Positions 10,313 through 19,996 of a stretch of 64,000 nt of DNA are shown here, one piece after another. Both the position numbers and the translations under genes were made by a program. The notes under the pieces were generated by a model. The model saw only the letters and a list, made by a program, of their open reading frames with translations. It was not told the origin of the DNA and searched no databases. The DNA is taken from the sequence record PQ464590.1, one strand, 5' to 3'. Every line of letters begins with the position of its first letter. The stretch's first letter is position 1.

Positions 10313-10822
10313 AACCAGGATAGTCAGCGTTTATTGATTGCGTGCAAATGTGTTATCGGTTAAGATGTCCCAGGTCGCTTTCACGATACGATACATTTCA
10401 CCAGTACTCACACCGCGTACAGTACTCTCAATGCAACCGCCGTTTGCAGAATGCTTTTCTAGTACCATGTAACCATTTTCAGAATGAGACTGATAACGAT
10501 ACGGGGCATCACGGAAGAGTAAAGCACCGTTCAACTTGTCAACCATATCTGCTACATCTTTGCGAGTTTTACGTGACATCTTTTGTTTCCTTAATGTTGT
10601 TTGCTTCAGTAAGTTAATTATGCCAGTACTATCACCTATTGTCAATAGTACTGTGATAATTATTTTAACCGTTAAACCAGAAGTCGAATAATTCTTTTGG
10701 TGTAGCGTCGTAGTACTTTGCAGCCTCTTCAGCAGCAGCCTCTTCAGTGAAACCGTCACGTGTAATTAAGATATGCATAAAGTCACATCCTAACTCCAGG
10801 GCCGCAGTGTCGTTACCGTGGA

Positions 10823-11083
10823 TCATCTCATGCTCCTATGCCAGCAATTACGTTTGCCGCGTGTAAAGATACTATCATGTTCCGCCTGGCAGGTCAAACA
10901 ATATTTTACACCTTTCACAGCTTCACGCCTACGCTCAGGAATCGCCTCTAAGCACTCAAGGCAGTGAGTACGGCTTACAGTAGTACTATCCCCTAGCTGT
11001 TTACGTGCGTGCGATACAGCGGCCTGTATGACCGCCTGTATCTCTTCTTGCTCCGCACCATCTTTAGCGAATCCAACCGCCAC
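10823..11083 (-). CDS. TraR/DksA-family C4 zinc-finger protein (YbiI-like)
   Basis: GTG start after GAGG; (M)AVGFAKDGA N-terminus; CLECLEAIPERRREAVKGVKYCLTCQ. Confidence 0.9.
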   Translation of the reverse strand: MAVGFAKDGAEQEEIQAVIQAAVSHARKQLGDSTTVSRTHCLECLEAIPERRREAVKGVKYCLTCQAEHDSIFTRGKRNCWHRSMR

Positions 11084-11383
11084 AATTATTCCTCTACTAC
11101 AGACCAATACCCGCGATATTCAGTCTCATCATCATCGCAGATGTTTTCCATCACTTCATTAAATTCCCCTTCACGGAAATCATCACCAACCATTTCCAGG
11201 ATGTACGCAATTGCATTTTCACGCAAGCCGTCTACATGGTGCGGGAGAACTTCTTCACCGCTAACCTGTTTTACAGTGAGATTGATTTTGATATTCAGAT
11301 CCATTTGGTTTACCTTAATGTTGTTTCAATAAAGCCATTATGCCAGTACTATCAAACATTGTCAATAGTACTGGAGTAAAACT

Positions 11384-11767
11384 TTATTCGCCCATATAAA
11401 TCAAGTTATCATCGCCCACGTATGGCGAACATTCCCCGATACCTTCACAGTACTTTGTAAGTACATCTCCCAGGTGTCCGAGTTCACGATCCCAGAATCC
11501 AGCACCGTGACGCTCACGGGTTAAAAACAGATCATGCCCTACAGAACTATACGTGTAATGCGGGTGAGTGTCAACTAAAAGATGAATATCATCACCATGA
11601 GCTTTGAGCAAACGAGAACAAGCGATTACTGCGGCCTCATGACCTTCCTGCGATAACTCATAATCTTCCAGTGAGTTATCATCCGCGTCAGTACTAGCCC
11701 AATGCATAGCTCGAATGTAACCGCCCAGGATCTTCGCGTGTACAGTGTCAAGTTCGATACCAGTCAT
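11384..11767 (-). CDS. hypothetical protein
   Basis: 127-aa ORF flanked by promoter cassettes. Confidence 0.75.
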   Translation of the reverse strand: MTGIELDTVHAKILGGYIRAMHWASTDADDNSLEDYELSQEGHEAAVIACSRLLKAHGDDIHLLVDTHPHYTYSSVGHDLFLTRERHGAGFWDRELGHLGDVLTKYCEGIGECSPYVGDDNLIYMGE

Positions 11768-13124
11768 GATTCTTTCCTTAATAGTGTATGTCGTTTCAAT
11801 AAAGTAATTATGCCAGTACTATCAAACTATGTCAATAGTACTGAGTAATTATTTTAACGGTTGTAAATGTCATGAATCAAAATGTATGATTCACGTTTAA
11901 TGTGTGGATGGTAAGGCAAATAATGCTTATCCAGTACTGACATCAAATCCTGTTCGAGATCATTGATATCATCATAGAATGTTGGGGATACCAGGATATG
12001 CAATATATCAGTATCCACCAGCGTTGCATTGAGTTCCTGCACGTTCTCAATATCCGCATTACGCTTCCAATCTTGCATATTGGAAGTCAGCACGGTACGA
12101 ATGTCATTAGCGTTTAATAAAATATCCATTATTGATTCTCCTGTTTAAGTAAAGTAATTATGCCAGTACTATCAAACTATGTCAATAGTACTGTGATAAT
12201 TATTTTACCTTTTTATCCGTAGTAAAGTACATCGCGATCTGGCGGGTAGTCAGGCACGCCGCACGTAAAGCACGCTCAGTATAGGAGGCATGTTGGTTAA
12301 AGCGATGCATCCCCAGGCCGTTACCGATAGTAATGTTTTCAGTTGCTTTGTATTGTTTCTGATTCATTGCCGTACCCTCTTAAGTGTCGTTAAAGTAATT
12401 ATGCCAGTACTATCAAACTATGTCAATAGTACTGTGATAATTATTTTAATCCAGGATTAACAATTCAAACGTGTAAGTACTGTTTTGAACGCGGTACTCA
12501 TGACGGTTTCCCACTTCGCGGATCTTAATCAAACGCGTATGCGATACCAGGTTTAACGCCTCGCGTACATCCACCAGCGTTTTACAGTCACTGATATCTT
12601 TGTTGAAGTTATCAGAATCACAGACCAGTACTCGACGGGCATTTTTCAGAATCTTGTTAATCATTTTCTACTTCCTCTTAAGAGGGGAGGTTGTCTCCCC
12701 TATGCAAAACATTATACAGTACTGAGATTACTTTGCAAGTACTTTCTATTACTTTTCTGCGGAGTACTTGTAAAAGATATCAGTATTCAAAGCATCCAGT
12801 ACAAAGTTTTTAAAATCCATTTCCGCAAGGCTGTAACGCTCTGTGCAGAACTGTACTGGCGTATGCTTCCCGATTTGCTTCAGTACTTCCCAGGTGATAC
12901 CAGTCTCAGTCTCAGGCGTTTCACGGCGAATGATACAAGCGTAGTAAGAGATCAGTTTACCTTCCTGACCATAAGAGAACTCTTTAACTGTAGTAGATGT
13001 TTCTGTGTTTTCGAATAATTCCATTTTGTTACCCTCTTTAAGTTAGGCTTTGTTTGCCTGATGTAATACAGTATACAGTACTGAATAATTAATGCAAGTA
13101 CTTTCTCAAAATATTTTCTCTTTC

Positions 13125-13204
13125 TTTTTCCTGTACATATGTACAGTACTTTTATTTTACTTACTTCTCCGCACCCTGTGGGCTTGAGCATTGTTCTTGC
13201 TATG
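13125..13204 (-). ncRNA. CCCACAGGGTGC element copy 6
   Basis: Core 13171-13182; 5' part identical to copy 1; promoter ~13210-13240; ends approximate. Confidence 0.55.
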
Positions 13205-13555
13205 TGAGTATTATGCCAAAAAAGAGGGAGACTGTCAAGCCTCCCTTTTGTAAAGATTTATGCTTTTGGAATGCGTTTCGGCATCGGTGGAGTAGACCAG
13301 TTATTGTACTGGCGTTCTGTGATTTCGCCACCTTTGCAAAGAGAGTCGATATAGTTCGACCAGGATTCATGGAAAGCTGGCTGGTCATTCTTCCAGCGTG
13401 GATCTTGCTGTACCATCGCAATCCACATTTCTTTGTGAGCTTGTACTACAGTTGCCTTATTCATAATCTTCTCTCTTAAGTTCGGAGGGAGAACCGTTTC
13501 CCCCTCTCGATTTAAAACATTATACAGTACTGAATACTATTTGCAAGCTTTTCTT

Positions 13556-14044
13556 TTACTCTTCTTCTTGTACCTCTTCAACCTGGATAGGATGTAAACG
13601 TCCATCTTCTTTCAATAACTTCCAGTACTGTTTACCCTCGTTAGGATTACCCGCAGCCAACGGTGATCCATACATCTTGTGATAGTGGAATTGATCTGTT
13701 AGTTCGTAGTCGTCGTGATACTCGCGACCGTCAAACACATACACCGGGCAAGGATAATAATTATCAATGTTCGCCGCGATGATATCAGCCATACCAAACA
13801 ACACTTCAACTGTGGTAACAGTCTCGCGTTTTTCACGTCCCCAGTTCAAAGCATGAAACATGCAATCCTGTAACTGTGGGCGTAGAATACTGATCACGCC
13901 GCCACTTGTAACAGCCTGTGCCGCCGAATAGTTATTGTAATGATCCACCAGGATTTTACCAGCCAGATCCCCATCATTCACCAGGTCAACGTAACGGACA
14001 GAACCATCTAAGTTAATGAAAGCGATAAGGGCTTGAGTGCTCAT
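13556..14044 (-). CDS. hypothetical protein
   Basis: AGGA RBS before MSTQAL; cassette promoter TTGACT..TAGAAT upstream. Confidence 0.75.
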   Translation of the reverse strand: MSTQALIAFINLDGSVRYVDLVNDGDLAGKILVDHYNNYSAAQAVTSGGVISILRPQLQDCMFHALNWGREKRETVTTVEVLFGMADIIAANIDNYYPCPVYVFDGREYHDDYELTDQFHYHKMYGSPLAAGNPNEGKQYWKLLKEDGRLHPIQVEEVQEEE

Positions 14045-14764
14045 GATTGTTTCCTTAATGTTGTTTCGTTTCGATAAAGTACATTCTACAGTACTATCAC
14101 ACAAAGTCAATAGTACTGGATGAATATATTTTACCAGCCCGCATTACAACGACGTGACGCGTACACTTCGCCCTGACGAATTACCATGCGGTGAGATCCT
14201 ACCACCTGTGCCACACGGGTTTTAAAATCGTGCTCAGTACTAAAATCTTTTGAATCCACTTCGTCGATGGTTTCAACTTTACCCGCGAATTTCACATTGA
14301 TATAACGTTTCATATTTTGTTTCCTTAAGTGTTGTTTCAATAAAGTACATTCTACAGTACTATCACAGAAAGTCAATAGTACTGGATGAATATATTTTAT
14401 TTGTGTTCTAACATGTAATGATAAGTAATGTATTTTGATTCATCACCAATCAAATCAATATACGCCTGGAGCGTCAAACGATCTGGAAGCGGGGGAAGTT
14501 CTAAACATTCCTGTACTGTAACCATTTCGTCAAACGTGTACTTAACACGCCCCGCACGATTCCATTGATTCAGTAATTCCGCAGGGTGTAAACCAGGGAT
14601 CATGATGCATACAGAATCAATTCGAACGTTATCACCGTTCACAGATACAAACTCAGAGTGATACTTAAAAGCTTTAGTGAATGCATGTTTCATTTTTATT
14701 TCCTCGCTTTGTTTCGATATAGAGAAGTATACAGTACTGAATAATATTTGCAAGCATTATTTTA

Positions 14765-14848
14765 CCTGTTCTTTTATACAGTACTATTTCAGTACTAATA
14801 CTACAGATACACTTCCGCACCCTGTGGGCTTGGCCTTTGTTCCGGCTT
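14765..14848 (-). ncRNA. CCCACAGGGTGC element copy 7
   Basis: Core 14817-14828; H1 GCC/GGC; promoter 14855-14884; ends approximate. Confidence 0.55.
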
Positions 14849-15835
14849 GATAGTACTATAGCAAAAAAACTGGGAGGCTGTCAACCCCCCATTTGTAAAT
14901 TATTTGCTTTCCAGGTAAACGCCGTATTCGTTCGTTTCACCTTCCCACACGCGGTTGATCGTGTACGCGTCCGAATAGATGTTAATCTCATTCGTGGTAT
15001 AGTCTACCGCTATTTCGTTAATGTCGAAAGATCCGTGGGAAGTGGTTACAGTACTGGCATTAGGGAAGATTGTAACGTTCTCCACCTTACTAAGTGCACG
15101 CCCAAATTCATCACGGATAACGATAGTCATGCTCATTGTTCTTTCCTCTTAAGTGGGGGAAGATGTTTCCCCCTTGAGTACTAATATACAGTACTGGAAA
15201 ACTATTGCAAGTACTTTGTGCAATTATTTTTTAGTACTATCGCCACGCCGCCCCTGTGCCATAGCCTGTGCCTGTTCTACACTAAAACGCTCATACAGGC
15301 TTTTCTCTTCAGGGGTTAGTGTGGCGGCTTCCCGCATCATACGCCCCGCACGATCCCAGCTACGCGGCGTAGGGATACCCTGGATATCTTCGGGGGCAAT
15401 GTCGGGCACGCCTGGAACGTCTACAAACTCGATCCCCAGCTTTTCGGCTTGTTCACGGAATACACTAGATAATAGTTTCATCTTTAAAGCTCCTGTATCG
15501 CTCTGTGAGCGGTTTTAATGGTTAATCAGTACCGTACAACGCTTTAACGTCAAAAGCCCCGCTAATCGGCTTACAGGGCTTATCAATGCGATAGTGCACG
15601 CCACGATCCGATACGAAATAACCCTCAATATCTAAGTACATGAAAAACTCTTTCAGCACTCCACCGATTACACAAACCATCCACCCACTAGCACGCTTTT
15701 TGTGTAGACCATCGTTAACGAGAATCTTTCTCATTACGGTGCCAGGTGTTGTGATTTCGCTTAAGTTTCGCATTTCGATCTCCTGAATGATATTAGGATA
15801 GTACTGTACACGTATACAGTACTATCATTAACCAC

Positions 15836-16279
15836 TTAGGCAGTGTAAGCCGGATTAGGCACACGGCGGGTAATGAGGCGTACATCGTGCGGAACGTTCT
15901 CACGGTAGCACTTCAATTGTGCTTTTGCCTCTTTCATGGTTTCCTCGCTGGTGGCATCATCCCAACCATAGCCGCAATTCTCCTGGATCACATACTCATT
16001 GATCCATTTGGTTACACGCTTAGGCTTCATACAAGCCGCCACAATCGCATCCAGGCTGTTCTGTAACATTTCACCGTAGTACTCCCAAAACGCCGGATAG
16101 TTTGCTTTGATAAGCTTGAACTGGATTTTAATCTCATCCAGGTTCGCCTGTGTCAGTACTAAACCGCTTTCCTTCACTTCTTTCACTGACATTGCTTTCT
16201 TGCTTACACGCCAGTTGTAGCCAGAAGCATAACCAGGACGATTCATGATCAGGTGAGTATCTAAGAATAATTTAGCCAT
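15836..16279 (-). CDS. hypothetical protein
   Basis: 147-aa ORF with AGGA RBS. Confidence 0.7.
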   Translation of the reverse strand: MAKLFLDTHLIMNRPGYASGYNWRVSKKAMSVKEVKESGLVLTQANLDEIKIQFKLIKANYPAFWEYYGEMLQNSLDAIVAACMKPKRVTKWINEYVIQENCGYGWDDATSEETMKEAKAQLKCYRENVPHDVRLITRRVPNPAYTA

Positions 16280-16390
16280 TTTGTAATTCCTTAATTAAGT
16301 ACTGTCTCGATTTGATAAAGCTCATTATACAGTACTGGATAACTATTTCAACTGTTAATTTATCCAGTACTGTCGTAATGTACTCTATGC

Positions 16391-17017
16391 TTATGCGTTC
16401 ACGCCGTTTTTAGCTTCCAGGGTAGCGGCTGCCGCCTCTTTGTCTACCGCGTACTTGGTAATGAATGCCGCACGGTCATCGCCAAACTCAGCAGATACAC
16501 GCTCTTTCCAAATGTTCGGCATGTTGCCAGTAGTAGGCATGTCGTATGCTTCGCCGTTGAAATCAATCGCTACGCGGTTGAACGTGAACGACTTTTCAGA
16601 TTTAGCAGGGTACTTTTTAGCCATCGCCGTGTCTACCATACCCTGTGCCACTTCCAGATCCAGGCCCATCTTTTCAACGATGTCTTTCAACATGTTTTCC
16701 GCTTCCTGTTTACGGGCTGCCAGTTCTGCCGCGTTCTCAGCTTCACGCTGTGCTTTACGGGTCGCCAGGGTGTCATTCAGTTTTGCCAGGCGTGCGATTT
16801 TGTTCGCTTCTTTCTGCTCTGCGGCTTCTTTCTGGCGGGTCTTAACCTGCTCTTTCGCGGACTTCACAGCCAGGGAGAAATTCAGCCCCATCTTCTGTAC
16901 CAGTGCAACCGCATCATCACCACCAGCAGCGATAGCCAGGTCAGTCAGTTTAGTTGCCAGTACTTCCACATTACCAGATTCGATAGCAGCTTTCAGAGTT
17001 ACGATTGATTTAGACAT
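16391..17017 (-). CDS. divergent H-NS/StpA-like protein
   Basis: Manual alignment: LAKL..coiled coil..GLD..PAK, then IDFNGEAYDMPTTGNMP..K..G..F versus H-NS [19 protein letters not shown]..F. Confidence 0.6.
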   Translation of the reverse strand: MSKSIVTLKAAIESGNVEVLATKLTDLAIAAGGDDAVALVQKMGLNFSLAVKSAKEQVKTRQKEAAEQKEANKIARLAKLNDTLATRKAQREAENAAELAARKQEAENMLKDIVEKMGLDLEVAQGMVDTAMAKKYPAKSEKSFTFNRVAIDFNGEAYDMPTTGNMPNIWKERVSAEFGDDRAAFITKYAVDKEAAAATLEAKNGVNA

Positions 17018-17430
17018 TTTTAAATCCTCAGTTAGTAAGTTAGGTTATTTGTTTGCTTCGGGGTTAGTATTACATTTTGCTAACCATCCGTCAAGTACTA
17101 TTTTAAATCTTTTTTTCATCTTTCGGTCGCCTGGTTTTCGTTTGACTTACAGGCTGTCTACTTAGTGTTGCCCCGTTCGATGTAATACATATTACCAGAG
17201 TAGAAACTATTTGCAAGTACTTTCTACAAAATAAATGAATCTTTTTACTTTCCTTATACTTTACCAGTACTTAAGATGCAACGCCACCAGCAGCCTTGTA
17301 ACGTGTTTAAATCAGTACAGAACCCTATGACATACCCCAGGGAGTAAAAGCCCGTACAACGCGTTACAGGCCATTTAAATTGATTGAAAATAGTTGTTGA
17401 CTTCATATGCCAGTACTGTATAATGACCCC

Positions 17431-17524
17431 ATAGCTTAGACAAATAGCTCAGCCCACGGGGTGCGGAATTGTGTCTAATGAATATAGTACTGTACAAATA
17501 AACAGGGGAAGCCGTAGCCTCCCC
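17431..17524 (+). ncRNA. CCCACAGGGTGC element copy 8 (stand-alone small RNA candidate)
   Basis: Promoter 17397-17424; H1 AGCT/AGCT; core variant 17453-17464; terminator hairpin 17505-17524 followed by a T-run. Confidence 0.7.
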
Positions 17525-18315
17525 ATTGTTTTTATACTCGTTTTAATGCCAGGGCAAAATCCCCTACTTCGGCCACCGATCCCGTAAAGCGTTGCATATA
17601 ATCCACTACCGTGCTGTTTTCCATCGGGGCAATGATTAGATTATCCTGATCACGTGCGGCGATGTCAAAGAAAACAACCTGCGGATCATAGTTACCGACT
17701 TTCGCTGCGGCTTCAGCCATATCCGCACAAATACGCTGTAAGTCACTTAAACGCATAACAGTACTCATGATACTTCTCCTTAATAATGGGGGAAGTTGTT
17801 TCCCCCTATGCAAAACATTATACAGTACTGAATGAGTTATGCAAGTACTTTTTTTACAAGCAAGGGGCGTAAACTTTACCAGTGTTTACCCAGACGTTGA
17901 ATTTCGGCATCTTATCCCATTCATCCATCGTTAACCCCAGGGCGTGCAGGTAGTCAGTACTGAATACGCCGCCACGTGGTTCAATGCGATAATCTTTATG
18001 TACTGCGTAAAGCTTCCCTTTGTACTCATACGCCAGGGTTAAATCACTGGTATTCATCGCATGAATCAAAGTGTCTAACATCGCGTGCATTGCGAATTGT
18101 TCACGCTTAAGAGGCTGTGAACGTGCGACGGCACGCCAGGCTGCAATAGTACTGTTAACAGTTTCACGGGACTGATTATTCATATCAGCACGGAAGTTAA
18201 TCAGGTCATTCATTGCGTTAATCATAGACATAATATTTTCTCTCTTAAGTTAGTAGGGGAAGTTGTTTCCCCTATGCAAAACATTATACAGTACTGAATG
18301 AGTTATGCAAGTACT

Positions 18316-18732
18316 TTATGCATTTTCTTTTTTATGTTCTGCGGCTTTAATCCAGGCCATTTCCGCATTGTCGGAATGACTAACCCAATGACCCTCAAAG
18401 CGTACTACCCAAGATGGCTCGCTTTCACCGTGAAACTCGCGTTGTACAGTGTAACGCTTATCGGCTTTTGCAGTACTGATATATTCACCGAACAATTGTT
18501 TAACCAGGCGTTTCCATTGCGTGCGAGCGTCTGTGAGATTCTCTTCTGATACCCACTCAATACGGCCTACAGAATCATAGTTGTGTGCTCTTACATGCCA
18601 GCAACCATGCTCAAGCCACAAATCAATGCGGATCTCTTCCCCTGATACTTTTGATTCTACGCGTTGAATATAACCACACAGGAAAGAATAAGCAGTTAAA
18701 CCCTGGCCATTTCGAAATTTAGTATTGAACAT
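18316..18732 (-). CDS. hypothetical early protein
   Basis: 138-aa ORF with AGGA RBS, leader hairpin and promoter. Confidence 0.75.
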   Translation of the reverse strand: MFNTKFRNGQGLTAYSFLCGYIQRVESKVSGEEIRIDLWLEHGCWHVRAHNYDSVGRIEWVSEENLTDARTQWKRLVKQLFGEYISTAKADKRYTVQREFHGESEPSWVVRFEGHWVSHSDNAEMAWIKAAEHKKENA

Positions 18733-18803
18733 TGTTTTGTTTCCTTAAGTAGTGGGGCGAACCATTCCGCCCCGTTGAGATACACTATACAGTACTGAAT
18801 ATT

Positions 18804-19187
18804 TTATGCAAGCTCTTTCGACAAAATATTTTCAAAGTACTTGATAAGATCTTCCAGGAGTTTAACACGGATCACACCCGTTTCCCCTTTGTACAGGTTA
18901 GGAGAACGCCCGTATAATTCACCTGCTAACGCGTTACTGTCTACTAACTGCCGCTCTACTGGATAGTCTATATTAAGACCCATTTCAACAAATACAGGCT
19001 CAAGGGCATGATAATCTACTCCGTCCCGTGGTGGAGTGAACGCGTATACATGCCAGCAGATACCTGCTGCCTCTTCCAGGTTGAAAGCTATGCCGTGTGC
19101 ACGGGTATATGTATCATCTGTCTCTACACAGGTTTTAATGCTTTTCAGTACTGGTAAAATATGGTTAACCTGATTTAATGTAAACAT
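18804..19187 (-). CDS. hypothetical protein, GIC/YPxE paralog family
   Basis: Shares GIC..YPVE..G..R..LL..LI.Y with ORFs at 52014, 52387 and 59361. Confidence 0.7.
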   Translation of the reverse strand: MFTLNQVNHILPVLKSIKTCVETDDTYTRAHGIAFNLEEAAGICWHVYAFTPPRDGVDYHALEPVFVEMGLNIDYPVERQLVDSNALAGELYGRSPNLYKGETGVIRVKLLEDLIKYFENILSKELA

Positions 19188-19324
19188 GTTGTTTCCTTAA
19201 TAGTGTTGTTTTGCTTCAGTCCCTATATAGTACAGTACTGACAAAAGAATGCAAGTACTATTTTCATAAAAAAGATTTTGCATTTAGGTATTGACTCCAC
19301 CCACAGAACCTGTATAATTAGTAC

Positions 19325-19400
19325 ATAAGCCGGACACAAGGCACTAACCCACAGGGTGCGGAAAACCGTCCAGTACTGTAAATGATTATCATTCTCATTC
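19325..19400 (+). ncRNA. CCCACAGGGTGC element copy 9
   Basis: Promoter 19291-19318; core 19348-19359; first ~47 nt identical to copy 5. Confidence 0.6.
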
Positions 19401-19447
19401 GCCGGGTGTACCTCCGCACCCTGTGGGCTACGTCATTTCGCTGACTT
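19380..19447 (-). ncRNA. CCCACAGGGTGC element copy 10 (convergent with copy 9)
   Basis: Core 19416-19427; H1 GTCA/TGAC; promoter TTGCAA..TACAAT at ~19454-19482. Confidence 0.6.
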
Positions 19448-19864
19448 GTACTAATTGTACAGTACTGAAAAATTATTGCAAGCTTTATTTTCAGGGAGGG
19501 CGAACCCTCCCAGAGTCCCTACGCCGCGTTGTGAGGCGTTATTACAATCAGTGGTATATAGTCCCGTAATTCTAGCGTATCGCCGTCTGTGAGGGCTTCC
19601 AGGGCTTCCACGGTGCAAGCCTCGCACGGGTAGTACATGAGAACATCACCCATAGTCATGATAGTTCCATTAACTTTAAAGTACTGTTTAGAATATTTCT
19701 GTCGCATGATAATCATTCTCATTAACCAGGTTCGACTATCTCCCCTGTTCTGAAATTCATTATACAGTACTGAATTGTTATTACCAGCATATTTTTCACA
19801 TTCTTTTTGAATCTTTTTGCGTTTAGGGTATTGACATAAAATCGCAGTACTGTATAATTACTAC

Positions 19865-19940
19865 ATAGACGCGAGATGCGGGAACCCCAGGGGGTGCGGG
19901 AATATAACCATAAAGCGAAATGATTCTCATTCTCATTTAG
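19865..19940 (+). ncRNA. CCCACAGGGTGC element copy 11
   Basis: Promoter 19831-19858; H1 CGC/GCG; core variant 19885-19897. Confidence 0.55.
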
Positions 19941-19996
19941 CTTTTAACGGACGGACTCCCGCACCCTGTGGGCTTGTCCTGTTACGCCAGGATTGA
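19920..19996 (-). ncRNA. CCCACAGGGTGC element copy 12 (convergent with copy 11)
   Basis: Core 19961-19972; H1 TCCTG/CAGGA; promoter TTGCAA-17-TATAAT at 20002-20030. Confidence 0.6.

Larger units (their letters stand above)
6470..14399 (-). repeat. ~55-bp intergenic promoter cassette (stop codon-AGTACT-TTGACA-N9-AGTACT-GG-CATAAT), 9 copies
   Basis: Near-identical blocks at ~6470, 9712, 10616, 11336, 11806, 12156, 12396, with TAGAAT variants at ~14080 and 14345. Confidence 0.85.
1..19200 (-). other. Early (pre-early-like) gene block of small minus-strand ORFs, most with their own sigma70 promoter
   Basis: More than 40 short co-oriented ORFs, most preceded by TTGACA/TTGCAA...TATAAT/CATAAT/TATTAT and an AGGA/GAGG RBS; visibly more GC-rich than 21-34 kb. 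Confidence 0.85.

Noticed and set aside
16440-17165. Long plus-strand ORFs such as 16440..17165, 5945..6433, 43011..43526 and 15153..15518
   Set aside because: Antisense shadows of well-supported minus-strand genes, with no RBS or promoter and Ser/Ala-rich shadow composition.
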